From positions 1 through 64,000 of IMG/VR virus record IMGVR_UViG_3300044675_001894: 64,000 bases of DNA. One strand, 5' to 3'. A program made the position numbers and the translations under genes. Shown piece after piece: positions 46,706 to 55,431 of the stretch. The stretch comes from a virus. The stretch's first letter is position 1; the number at the start of each line of letters is the position of its first letter. The notes beneath the pieces are model-generated. The model had not been told where the DNA came from. It did no database searches and saw only the letters and a list, made by a program, of their open reading frames with translations.

Positions 46706-48238
46706 ATGAATACACAACTAGGAGAACTAAGCGCATTGCTTAGTCGTGTTGAGCGTGTAGCGCCAGCCATCACGGCTGACCCTGCGCTCCATGCGTTAAG
46801 CAGTGCTCACGATGGCGAAGTCGCTGTAGACCTCGCCCAACCTCTCTTCCCATTCCAGCGTGCTGGTGTGGCGTATGCACTCAAGCAACGCCGTGCCATC
46901 ATCGGAGATGAGATGGGGCTGGGTAAGACTCCACAAGGCATCGCAGTAGCAGTGCACGCACACAAGGAGGGACACAAAGTCCTCGTTGTAGTGCCACCAT
47001 CGCTCCGCATCAACTGGCAACGCTCCTTCGCACTGTTCGCACCGTGGCTCTCAACAGCCATTGTGTCGGGCAACAAGGTGACGGCTCTTCCCAAAGCAGA
47101 TGTGCTCATTATTGGTGACAGCATCATTGACACTTGGTCAGTGAGGCTCGTCAATGCCAAGTTCGGCGCACTGATCGTGGACGAGGCACACCGTGCGAAG
47201 AATGCAAAGTCAGGACGCACCAAGGGCATCGCACATATCGCAAAGTCAATCCCGACTGAAGGATATGTGACGCTCTTGAGCGGAACGATCATCGTGAACC
47301 GTCCGAACGAATTGGTCTCGCCATTGTCAATCATTGGCAGGCTTGACCGAGTGTTCGGTGGTAAGTCAGCGTTCCTGTTTCGTTACTGTGACCCGATCCA
47401 CAACGGCTGGGGTTACGTGTATAACGGAGCAACCAACACCACTGAGTTGAACGACAAATTGCGTGGCACCTGCTACGTGAGGCGTAACAAGTCAGATGTG
47501 TTGAAGGAACTACCTGCCAAGCGCCGTGCTCAGGTTGCTACCGAGATCAGCAACACCGATCTCGTGGCATATCGCTCTGCCGAAGAGAACTTCCGTGACT
47601 TCGTCATCGCCAATGGCGGTGTTGAAGCGTGGCAGAGAGCCTCTAAGGCTGAAGTGATTACACGCTTGAATGCATTGCGCAGGTTGCTAGGCATCGCCAA
47701 GATCCCGTATGTGGTTGAGCACGTAGAAGAACTTGTCGCACAAGGCGAGAAGGTCATCGTGTTCGCACACCACAAAGAAGTCATCGCACAACTAAGCAGT
47801 GCTCTTCATGAGCACGGCGTAGTCAAGGTGGCTGGCGGACTCAGCGATGTGCAGAAGCAGGAAGCAGTTGACGCATTCCAAACTGGTAGCGCCAAGGTGT
47901 TCATCGGACAATTTCAATCCGCTGGTGTTGGTCTCACATTGACCGCATCATCGCATGTCGTGTTCGCTGAATTGCCATGGGAGCCAGCCTCCGCAGTACA
48001 AGCCGAAGACCGTGCGCATCGCATCGGTCAAGACAACGCTGTGGTGGCATGGTGGCTACTGGCTGTAGACAACACAAGCGAGATCCCAACAGTGGACGAT
48101 CGCATGTGGGCGCTACTGAATGCCAAACACGAGACAGTCTCGGCTGTCTTGACGGGGCATGGTGAGGACATGGGCGCCGAGGGTGCGACAAGCATCACTC
48201 AATCGCTCATTGAAGGCATCATCGGCAACGGAGGTTGA
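46706..48238 (+). CDS. SNF2-family (HARP-like) helicase/ATPase
   Basis: DEMGLGKT, DEAH, LSGT, GVGLTLT, QAEDRAHRIGQ. Confidence 0.95.
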   Translation: MNTQLGELSALLSRVERVAPAITADPALHALSSAHDGEVAVDLAQPLFPFQRAGVAYALKQRRAIIGDEMGLGKTPQGIAVAVHAHKEGHKVLVVVPPSLRINWQRSFALFAPWLSTAIVSGNKVTALPKADVLIIGDSIIDTWSVRLVNAKFGALIVDEAHRAKNAKSGRTKGIAHIAKSIPTEGYVTLLSGTIIVNRPNELVSPLSIIGRLDRVFGGKSAFLFRYCDPIHNGWGYVYNGATNTTELNDKLRGTCYVRRNKSDVLKELPAKRRAQVATEISNTDLVAYRSAEENFRDFVIANGGVEAWQRASKAEVITRLNALRRLLGIAKIPYVVEHVEELVAQGEKVIVFAHHKEVIAQLSSALHEHGVVKVAGGLSDVQKQEAVDAFQTGSAKVFIGQFQSAGVGLTLTASSHVVFAELPWEPASAVQAEDRAHRIGQDNAVVAWWLLAVDNTSEIPTVDDRMWALLNAKHETVSAVLTGHGEDMGAEGATSITQSLIEGIIGNGG

Positions 48239-48318
48239 TCGTGGGCGCTCGGCGCCTCATGGTCGGCGCCAGTAGCGACAGACGATGTGTTCTTGTCCTC
48301 ACGAGAACCCATCACAGT

Positions 48319-48421
48319 GCATCACGGGCGCAAGCCCGTGGTGTTCTGACAGTACATTGGCACACCGCTTGTGTACTGTCAGAACATCACCCGATGTTCA
48401 AGTAACAACGCCTGAGGAGGC
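48319..48421 (+). ncRNA. Structured element E5
   Basis: A 48319-48344 (GCAA); B 48340-48388; C 48382-48399; GCCT-GAGG-AGGC 48410-48421. Confidence 0.8.
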
Positions 48422-48424
48422 ACC

Positions 48425-48661
48425 ATGAAAGTAAGTCAAGCAATCAAGTTATTGAGTGAGATCAACCCTGACGAAGAGATCGCTATCTCTTGGTGGGAAT
48501 CAAACTTGTTCACTGACAAAGACAACAACCAACTATTGGCAGACTCAGAACTGTGGCTCAAGGCAGTCGCAGTGTTTGACGCCAACGGTGGTTACGACAG
48601 CGTCAACCAATTGGTATGGGATTACCTCAATTACGACATCAATCAAGAAGGAGAGTTTTAA
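48425..48661 (+). CDS. Small acidic early protein
   Basis: 78 aa after SD hairpin. Confidence 0.7.
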   Translation: MKVSQAIKLLSEINPDEEIAISWWESNLFTDKDNNQLLADSELWLKAVAVFDANGGYDSVNQLVWDYLNYDINQEGEF

Positions 48662-48904
48662 ATGGACATTTCAGAAGCAATTCAAACAATGATCACTAAT
48701 CGCCACCTCAAAGAACACGAAATAGTGGTGAGGTGGTCGTGGTGCGACATCCAAGCGATGTACCCACAGTGGACAGAAGACCAATGCCGAGATGCCCTGT
48801 ATGAAGTTGACGATTATGTACACGAGAGAATCGTGGAACTCGGCAACGATGTGTTGAAGCAACTTGTATACGAAATCGTTGAAACGAAATGGGAGAGTGA
48901 ATAA
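48662..48904 (+). CDS. Small acidic early protein
   Basis: 80 aa, AAGGAG RBS. Confidence 0.7.
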   Translation: MDISEAIQTMITNRHLKEHEIVVRWSWCDIQAMYPQWTEDQCRDALYEVDDYVHERIVELGNDVLKQLVYEIVETKWESE

Positions 48905-49209
48905 TGAACAACATCGGAACACCAATCGGTGCATGGGCAATCATCAAGTGGTATGACTCAGGCATTGAGAGCGAGGTATTCATCTCGTTCGGTACATGGA
49001 ATGAGAACGAGTGGAACGGCGAGTTTGACTCGTTCGGGAATCGTGACGATGAGGTCTTCTTCTACTGCGAAGGTGGAGAAGAGGAACTCAAGTCGCTCAT
49101 GGGTGACAGCAAGGAAGACTTCGTGGTCATCAACTACGCAGTTGACTACAGCATCCCGCTCGTGCTCGCTGACATGGACGAGCCAGTATTCAAGGAGGAA
49201 GCACAATGA
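48904..49209 (+). CDS. Small acidic early protein
   Basis: 101 aa, coupled. Confidence 0.7.
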   Translation: MNNIGTPIGAWAIIKWYDSGIESEVFISFGTWNENEWNGEFDSFGNRDDEVFFYCEGGEEELKSLMGDSKEDFVVINYAVDYSIPLVLADMDEPVFKEEAQ

Positions 49210-49469
49210 TCGGTACAAAGAGTTGGCTACTGACAGGTTGTTATGTAGACGGCACACACGGCGTCTACAGCGCCATGGAAGCGTGCAGGATCGCACGAGA
49301 ACTCGGATGGGATGGGCAACAGCCCACAGACATTGAGGACTCGTGGTACCAAGAAGAGGTAGCCACGGAATGGCTGAACGAAATGATCGCTGATGATGGT
49401 CACTCGTTCGGCTGGCATGACGCCGAATACTTCTACATGCCACAAGCATGGTGGGAGGATGTCGCTTGA
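49206..49469 (+). CDS. Small acidic early protein
   Basis: 87 aa, AGGAGG RBS. Confidence 0.7.
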   Translation: MIGTKSWLLTGCYVDGTHGVYSAMEACRIARELGWDGQQPTDIEDSWYQEEVATEWLNEMIADDGHSFGWHDAEYFYMPQAWWEDVA

Positions 49470-49475
49470 TCGGGA

Positions 49476-49586
49476 GCATCACGGGCTACGGCTCGTGGTG
49501 TCCTCACAGCCCATAAATCATATTTGTGGGTTGTGAGGGCACTCAGTGCCCGATAAATTAATTAATCCCTATGACCTGAGGAGGTC
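49476..49586 (+). ncRNA. Structured element E6
   Basis: A 49476-49501 c(UACG)g; B 21-bp stem 49498-49542; C 49537-49551; SD hairpin 49573-49586. Confidence 0.8.
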
Positions 49587-49588
49587 TT

Positions 49589-49948
49589 ATGTTAGAGCCA
49601 GTAATCACGATGACCGTTGAGCAATGGGAAGAGCAATACGAACCCTTTGTCAATCACCTAGATGCAGATGCATCATGGGCAACCGATGACGCCAACGGCA
49701 TCATGTTTGAAACGTACGGTGCCGAAGTTGATTATGTGTTTGCCCGACCGCTCAACCACACATGGACATATGTGGATGGCGAAGAGGGCACATACATTAT
49801 TGCTGGACGCCATCTCGTAAATCGCATCGGTTACTTCGTAACTGCGGTGCCATGGAAGGATGACTTCAACACCAAGTATGAAATTCAAGTAAGCGCCAAT
49901 GATGATTATTACCAAACAGTGTTAGACCTTGAAGGAGGTAGCAAATGA
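49589..49948 (+). CDS. Small acidic early protein
   Basis: MFETYG.E...WT.VDG...G.H.VNRIGYFVT..PW. Confidence 0.75.
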   Translation: MLEPVITMTVEQWEEQYEPFVNHLDADASWATDDANGIMFETYGAEVDYVFARPLNHTWTYVDGEEGTYIIAGRHLVNRIGYFVTAVPWKDDFNTKYEIQVSANDDYYQTVLDLEGGSK

Positions 49949-50166
49949 GCAAGATCAGTTTTGACAATGTGGATGAAGGTACCGAGGTAGAAGTACTCGT
50001 GCAGATATCCCCGAGGGAGACATTCCCGTACACAGGGATCGTTTCACGAGTCAGTGACACCGAGTTGTCAATGTGGACTACAGACAGTCCGAACGACACT
50101 TACGAGACCGAGCGTGAGATTGATATTCCAATCGCAAAGATCCTTGAACTGGACATCTTTGAATAA
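49945..50166 (+). CDS. Small acidic early protein
   Basis: 73 aa, AGGAGG RBS. Confidence 0.7.
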   Translation: MSKISFDNVDEGTEVEVLVQISPRETFPYTGIVSRVSDTELSMWTTDSPNDTYETEREIDIPIAKILELDIFE

Positions 50167-50202
50167 TGAATCGTTAAGCGAGTCCTGAGAGGCTTGTACG
50201 AA

Positions 50203-50327
50203 GGGTGGCATCAGCCTCGGCTGGTGTCATCCCGTGGATGCTCTGCTTCCTATAGGGGGTCAGCGGAGCGTCCACGGGGTGAGGCAACTGTGCAACACCT
50301 GTACATAACAATGATCTGAGGAGGTCA
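50203..50327 (+). ncRNA. Structured element E7
   Basis: A 50203-50232; B 50227-50282; C weak; TGATCT-GAGG-AGGTCA 50312-50327. Confidence 0.7.
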
Positions 50328-50329
50328 AA

Positions 50330-50575
50330 ATGAGTAAATGGAATGTAACGGTCTCGCTCCAAACGGGCGTGTACCTAAAAGAAGTCATTGCAAATGATCC
50401 ATCAACATTGATTGAGGGAGACCTCAATGAAGCAGATGTGATCAAAGCATTGATTGAGCAATTGCAGTCGGGTGATTCAACACTGGACTGGGTAGTGGAA
50501 GAAGTGCAAACACTGGACGGTCGTGTCGTGCGGTTTGACGATGAGGATCGTGTATGGCTCGGAGATGCAGTATGA
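50330..50575 (+). CDS. Small acidic early protein
   Basis: 81 aa after SD hairpin. Confidence 0.7.
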   Translation: MSKWNVTVSLQTGVYLKEVIANDPSTLIEGDLNEADVIKALIEQLQSGDSTLDWVVEEVQTLDGRVVRFDDEDRVWLGDAV

Positions 50576-50778
50576 GCAAAGGCTGGGTCACACAGATCGT
50601 CATGCTTCTCGGTGTCACGGAGATGGAAGCCGAACAGATTGACAAGTACGCCCTTGAAGAAGGGCTGTACAACGAGATAGACAGCAGTGAAGCCAGTGTG
50701 GCAGAACTTAAAGGGTTCTACGCAATGGTTAGCGATGAGTACAGAAGAGCAAACAACATTGAAACAAAGAGCCTTTAG
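50572..50778 (+). CDS. Small hypothetical protein
   Basis: Start MSKG (50572) overlaps upstream stop, GGAG RBS. Confidence 0.6.
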   Translation: MSKGWVTQIVMLLGVTEMEAEQIDKYALEEGLYNEIDSSEASVAELKGFYAMVSDEYRRANNIETKSL

Positions 50779-50789
50779 GAGGGCACAAC

Positions 50790-51086
50790 ATGGGAACAAT
50801 TAATGCACTAGGCATGGCGGAAGCCGTGGAAGACGGAATGATTGAACTGCGTCAGGCGCTCGCATGGCACCTGCAAAGCAATCACTATCCAGCAGTACCA
50901 CTGAACATGGTTGATCCATGTGTTATTGCAATTCAGTTAGTCACCGAAGGTGAGCACGACAGCAATGTCTCGCTCCCCGACGGAATCTTGTGGCGAGGTC
51001 AGCCAGTTGCTCCAGCGTGGGCAGTTGTAGACGCACACCACCTTGAATCATTCATTGACATCAGCGAAGAAGAATGGGGTTTCTAA
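50790..51086 (+). CDS. Small hypothetical protein
   Basis: WHLQSNHYP.VP; degenerate SD hairpin GCCTT-TAGG-AGGGC 50771-50784. Confidence 0.7.
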   Translation: MGTINALGMAEAVEDGMIELRQALAWHLQSNHYPAVPLNMVDPCVIAIQLVTEGEHDSNVSLPDGILWRGQPVAPAWAVVDAHHLESFIDISEEEWGF

Positions 51087-51637
51087 TGAGCGAAGAAACA
51101 GTAAACAAATGTTGTGAGTGCGAGGAGATCGTGGACACCGAAGGTGACTTCGGCTGGAGCACCGTCAAAGAGGATTACCTCTGCTGGGGTTGCTACGAGT
51201 CAGATCAGAACCACGCTTCAACTTTGCAGGTCATTGATGATGGTGCAGTACTCAAGTACTACATCGGAGATCATGTACGCATGGATGAATACGGCGATGA
51301 CATGTTTCGTACCAACATCACGGTCAATCGTGAGTATGTGCACTCCAGTGCATGGCGTGGTTACTACAACACCACGATTGAAGGCTGGACACAGGTCATG
51401 GATGGCTGGACAACGGGAGGCTGGGATGACCCAATCGCTCAACGTAAGCAGACATTCAATGAATGGGCTGAGTCATTAGTGACAGGTGACTTGGTACCGC
51501 CCGTTCCTGTAGCCATCGTGGCTGACCCCACGAGCAATGTGTTCAGCATGGGCATCTCGGTGCTCACACCTGAGCCAGCCAAACTCAAGGAATGGATCAA
51601 CGGAGACTTTGACAAACTTTACGGAGCACTGTCATGA
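51086..51637 (+). CDS. Hypothetical protein with N-terminal zinc ribbon
   Basis: CCEC...LCWGC; AWRGYY. Confidence 0.7.
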   Translation: MSEETVNKCCECEEIVDTEGDFGWSTVKEDYLCWGCYESDQNHASTLQVIDDGAVLKYYIGDHVRMDEYGDDMFRTNITVNREYVHSSAWRGYYNTTIEGWTQVMDGWTTGGWDDPIAQRKQTFNEWAESLVTGDLVPPVPVAIVADPTSNVFSMGISVLTPEPAKLKEWINGDFDKLYGALS

Positions 51638-51918
51638 GAGACTACACAAAGACCAACAACAGGATCACAGGAGCGTTCTATGTGTACCTTGCGGTTCTTG
51701 TAACAGTATTCGTAGTAGTACTGTTCCGAGATTATGTAGAGCGCATGGACTCGTATGTCTGCAACACAAAGCAACACACCGTGACATACGGGGAGAGCCT
51801 GTGGGAGATCGCTCAGAGCAACTGCTCAGGCAATATCCGATCAGCCGTAGATGACCTCGTAGACACCTACGGGTCAACCATCCAAAACGGGCAGGTCATT
51901 GACCTTCCCACAAAATAG
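51634..51918 (+). CDS. TM plus LysM protein (YneA/ChiZ-like architecture)
   Basis: Single TM then HTVTYGESLWEIA...IQNGQVIDLP. Confidence 0.8.
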   Translation: MRDYTKTNNRITGAFYVYLAVLVTVFVVVLFRDYVERMDSYVCNTKQHTVTYGESLWEIAQSNCSGNIRSAVDDLVDTYGSTIQNGQVIDLPTK

Positions 51919-51927
51919 AAATAGAAG

Positions 51928-51956
51928 TTGCAATTCCCAATCCACGGAGGTAGTTT
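51928..51956 (+). promoter_or_regulatory. Sigma70-type promoter for DUF932 gene
   Basis: TTGCAA-N17-TAGTTT, followed by A-rich leader and AAGGAG. Confidence 0.6.
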
Positions 51957-52007
51957 TATCTCAGTGGTACAACAAATCAAATAAGTCAAACAACAAGGAG
52001 AAATAAC

Positions 52008-53033
52008 ATGTCAAGAGAAACCAGCCAGTGGCTCAACCAGAACGTTCTGGTGGGCTTCACATCCAAGCGTGGAAATGCATGGCACTACAAGGCAACTGAA
52101 CAAGGAACCGAGCCAAACCATTATGAGCAGGCGATCCCTGTTGAAGATGTGCGCAGGCGTTTGTTCAACTGGCAGGCTGTTGAAGCACCAGTGTTCGTTC
52201 AAGTTCCTGACAACGCTGGAGTCAACCGTTACATTGCGCAGAATGACCGCAAGGCAATTGTTCGCAACGACACCTATGAGACTCTCGGTCTCTTCAAGGA
52301 CTCGTATCAGATCCACCAGTACAACGAGTGGTTGATCGGAACCATCAGCAACATCATTGATGACAGCAACCTTCAGATCGGCTCTGCGGGCTTGCTCCGC
52401 AACGGTGGAGTTGCTTGGGTCAGCATTGAGATGCCTGAGACAGTTCAGACCAAGGCGGGCTTTGAGTTCCGTCCTCACCTACTCGGAACTACGAGCCACA
52501 ACGGCACACTTGCCACCACCTTCAAGCGCACAGTCACCGCTGTGGTGTGTGACAACACGCTTGCTGGAGCACTTGGTGAGAGCGGATCAGAGTTCAAGAC
52601 CCGTCACAGCAAGTTCAGCAACGGACGCATCCAAGACATCCGTGATGCTCTCGGAATCATCCACACCATGGCAGACGAAGTCAGCCTTGAGATTGAGCGC
52701 TTGTCATCATTGACAGTCACCCAGTCTGAATGGGATGCCATCGTTGACCGCTTGGTGCCAGTGAGTATCACTGATGATGCTCGCCCTCAAGCCGTGAGCC
52801 GTGCTCAGAACAAGCAAGAGTTGATCCGTCACCTCTACAAGAATGACCCACGCTGTGCTCCATGGGTTGGTACCCAACTCGGAGTGTTGCAGGCATTCAA
52901 CACATGGACTCACCACTTCAGTGGCAAGGACGAGTCCCGTGTAGAGCGCAACGCAATGAATGCACTCAACGGCAAGACCGATGAGTTTGACCGTCAGGTG
53001 CTTCGCATCATGAATGACGTGGTACTCGTATGA
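52008..53033 (+). CDS. DUF932-family phage/plasmid protein
   Basis: SAGLL.NG..AW, TSHNGT, VVCDNT, RHS motifs. Confidence 0.85.
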   Translation: MSRETSQWLNQNVLVGFTSKRGNAWHYKATEQGTEPNHYEQAIPVEDVRRRLFNWQAVEAPVFVQVPDNAGVNRYIAQNDRKAIVRNDTYETLGLFKDSYQIHQYNEWLIGTISNIIDDSNLQIGSAGLLRNGGVAWVSIEMPETVQTKAGFEFRPHLLGTTSHNGTLATTFKRTVTAVVCDNTLAGALGESGSEFKTRHSKFSNGRIQDIRDALGIIHTMADEVSLEIERLSSLTVTQSEWDAIVDRLVPVSITDDARPQAVSRAQNKQELIRHLYKNDPRCAPWVGTQLGVLQAFNTWTHHFSGKDESRVERNAMNALNGKTDEFDRQVLRIMNDVVLV

Positions 53034-53422
53034 CCGAAGCGCTGGTGGGGGAGCAATCCCCCACCTATGCTCGGGACACCGAATACACAGCCTTACCATT
53101 CCCCGAAGTGATGGCGGAATGGAGATCGCAAGCCAAGTGCAAAGATGAAGACGGATCACTGTGGTTTGCCAGCAAGCCGAAAGGCATTAACAACTCATCC
53201 ATCAAAGGAAGAATTGTTAACAGCCGTAGGAAGCGGGCACAGCGTATTTGTAAAGTGTGTCCTGTTCAGTATGAATGCCTGCGCTACGCCGTCTTGAATG
53301 ACTTCAGGGATGGCATATGGGCTGGTTATGAAATGGATGACCTCACACATACAGACCGTCAAGTACTTCGTCAGCGTATTAAACGAGCAGAACGAAAGTT
53401 AAGTAAGACTGTCAATAAGTGA
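53030..53422 (+). CDS. whiB: WhiB-family transcription factor
   Basis: W..QAKC...C..CPV..EC...GIWAG. Confidence 0.85.
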   Translation: MTEALVGEQSPTYARDTEYTALPFPEVMAEWRSQAKCKDEDGSLWFASKPKGINNSSIKGRIVNSRRKRAQRICKVCPVQYECLRYAVLNDFRDGIWAGYEMDDLTHTDRQVLRQRIKRAERKLSKTVNK

Positions 53423-54472
53423 ACTGAGGCGGTGTGCTCCGAGGCTGATGTCTCGTGAGCGCACCGCTTCTAGTAAAGCCTCTCCCTCGTCTGCTCGCCT
53501 GACTGGATCCCGAAGATCCTTCAGATGCTTGAGCCACTGCGATGGTTTACTCGCAGTACGACCAATCCCCCAACTCTTACGCAAGCCCTCATACGCTGAT
53601 AGCGATGAACCAATCCATGGAATGCCCGAGGCTGAGTACTCCAGCAACTTGATGTCGCTCTTGGCATGGTTGAATGGTGTGTCACGCAATGGTGCGATAC
53701 CCACGTCCATGGTCAGCAGAGATGGGTACTCCCTAGCGTCTACAGCATTTAGAACGCTTACTTGATCTTCGTGAAGTCCAAGTTTGCTGGCAACAGATAC
53801 TGCATGTGCATAATGCCCACTATGTTGAAACTTAATATCGTTATTAGCAAGCAAAGGGTTGATAACCCCCTTCATAATCTCTAAGTCACTGGAGCGATGG
53901 CTCGTGGCTCCCACCCAACCAACTACAGGAACAGAACTATCGGTGTGCACATGCGGAGTAAACCGTGCGATGTCTACGGTGTTCTCCAGCACAATGATCG
54001 GACAACGAACGAAGGACTTAATGCGATCAGCAAGGTACTGCGTGGACACTGTGACCATATCGCTGGAAGCAATCACCTTCTTGTAATGGTCTCGGTTCTC
54101 TTTTGGGTTTGTCTTTGGGTGCGAGGAATTGAATGCGTCATTGGTTGGATCAAGACCCCAGTACCAATCGTCTAGGTCATTCACTACTATCTGACCAACG
54201 GAACGAGCCTTATAGATGTGATCGGCAAGCGAATCGTGCATGAGGCGTTGCATGATAATCATGTCAACTTCCTGTAGTTCTTCGTACTGGTCACGAATGA
54301 GGAAGCGATCATCCTTCCATGTCAACACGCCTGTGAACACTTCTTTCTCCAAGTGCTCTAACCATTCAACGTACTGACCAAAGCGTGCCCATCCCGAGCC
54401 ACCCCAATGCTCTAATCCATCTTTGGATTTCAATGCTGGCAGGTAGTCTCCACTAGCAAACCCAACCCTCAC
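53399..54472 (-). CDS. Glycosyltransferase (GT-B, family 4-like)
   Basis: DLDD, VTVST..LA, VGWVG..SH..DL, DVGIAPL...FN.AKS.IK.LEY.A.G.P. Confidence 0.85.
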   Translation of the reverse strand: MRVGFASGDYLPALKSKDGLEHWGGSGWARFGQYVEWLEHLEKEVFTGVLTWKDDRFLIRDQYEELQEVDMIIMQRLMHDSLADHIYKARSVGQIVVNDLDDWYWGLDPTNDAFNSSHPKTNPKENRDHYKKVIASSDMVTVSTQYLADRIKSFVRCPIIVLENTVDIARFTPHVHTDSSVPVVGWVGATSHRSSDLEIMKGVINPLLANNDIKFQHSGHYAHAVSVASKLGLHEDQVSVLNAVDAREYPSLLTMDVGIAPLRDTPFNHAKSDIKLLEYSASGIPWIGSSLSAYEGLRKSWGIGRTASKPSQWLKHLKDLRDPVRRADEGEALLEAVRSRDISLGAHRLSSLIDSLT

Positions 54473-54606
54473 TTCTTCTCCACCATTTCTACAGTGAGGC
54501 TGGTGTGCTTTTCAGGGTTAGTACACGTTGGTGGCACCGATGGCTTTACATACACGGTGACGACCTTCCCACACTGTGGGCATTCGTAGTGTCGCTTGTC
54601 GCTCAT
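54469..54606 (-). CDS. Small zinc-ribbon protein
   Basis: Manual translation MSDKRHYECPQCG...PPTC...H (45 aa), overlaps both neighbours by 3-4 nt. Confidence 0.6.
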   Translation of the reverse strand: MSDKRHYECPQCGKVVTVYVKPSVPPTCTNPEKHTSLTVEMVEKK

Positions 54607-54812
54607 TGTTGTGCCACCTTCCATGGACGCCACTCAGCAAGGAATGCCTGAATGTCACGCTTATCCCAAATTGGTGTTGATGCCAAGTTTGCGATTGGTT
54701 GTGGAAACTTCTTCTGCTTACGCAGTGCATGGATGCGCTGTTTGGTTACTCCAAGAATTACAGCGATCTCGCTAGTGCCTGCTAAGTGTTCGGGTTGTAG
54801 TTGATTTGTCAT
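54603..54812 (-). CDS. AlpA/excisionase-like HTH protein
   Basis: GTSEIA.ILGVTKQRI......FPQP......PIW; TAGGAT 6 nt upstream (leaderless). Confidence 0.8.
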   Translation of the reverse strand: MTNQLQPEHLAGTSEIAVILGVTKQRIHALRKQKKFPQPIANLASTPIWDKRDIQAFLAEWRPWKVAQQ

Positions 54813-54844
54813 GTTTACATCCTACCTTGTTGTGTACGTTGTTG

Positions 54845-55342
54845 CTACAAACTCCAGTGACCAAGTCCTCCGTTGTCATACAGATACTTCGCTACCGACA
54901 GGTTGCAATCCACATTGAATAATCCTTTTATTTCTGTCCCGCATATGTTCCTCGTGACCGTTTTCCATGAGGAATTAATCTGTACGAGTCCAAGGTCTTG
55001 TGAGCCGTTTTTGTTTAGAGTGCGGTTCCAAGCATTTACGTTGCACCGACTTTCTCTATACGAGATGTACGAAAATGCAACTACTGGCAAGCCATACTCA
55101 CGGAACTTGTCTTCCCATTGCGGGCATCGCTTTGTTGGGTCTTTCGGTATTCCTTTAGGCACTACCACCTCTTCGGGTGCCAATTCCTTTGCATTTACTA
55201 CCTCAAGTGCTACCGACTGCACTAGTGGGGTTAATTGAACTGTTGTTACTTCGGGCGTTGGTGATTGTGAGGAAATCCCAAGTACCAATGTCATTATTGA
55301 GTACAGGATTGTCCCCGCTACTACTAGCGTGCGATCTAACAA
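54845..55342 (-). CDS. Membrane-anchored lytic transglycosylase (SLT-like)
   Basis: N-terminal TM; RESRC, D.GLVQIN..W, N..VA..LY..GG..HW. Confidence 0.8.
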   Translation of the reverse strand: MLDRTLVVAGTILYSIMTLVLGISSQSPTPEVTTVQLTPLVQSVALEVVNAKELAPEEVVVPKGIPKDPTKRCPQWEDKFREYGLPVVAFSYISYRESRCNVNAWNRTLNKNGSQDLGLVQINSSWKTVTRNICGTEIKGLFNVDCNLSVAKYLYDNGGLGHWSL

Positions 55343-55431
55343 TATTCTTCTCCTTGATAGGCGGATAAAGCAAAACGCCCACAGGATTCTGTGAAGAACT
55401 CTATGGGCGTTACCCTTCTAGTTTACAGGTG

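Noticed and set aside
42058-50322. CTGAGGA matches the hammerhead core CUGANGA
   Set aside because: No stem II closed directly by GAAA and no stems I/III. The GAAA at 44395 and 48427 is simply ATG-AAA, and the motif is explained by the SD hairpin
41942-50327. Intergenic hairpins as integron attC sites
   Set aside because: No RYYYAAC/GTTRRRY ends, no integrase in the window, and G-U pairs with GNRA/UNCG loops point to RNA
41942-50327. Elements as intrinsic terminators
   Set aside because: No U-tracts on the + strand and no promoter recognised in each gap. U-less actinobacterial termination cannot be fully excluded
42055-50327. SD hairpins as CsrA/RsmA sites
   Set aside because: GGA is not presented in the canonical ANGGAN loop register and no csrA is in the window
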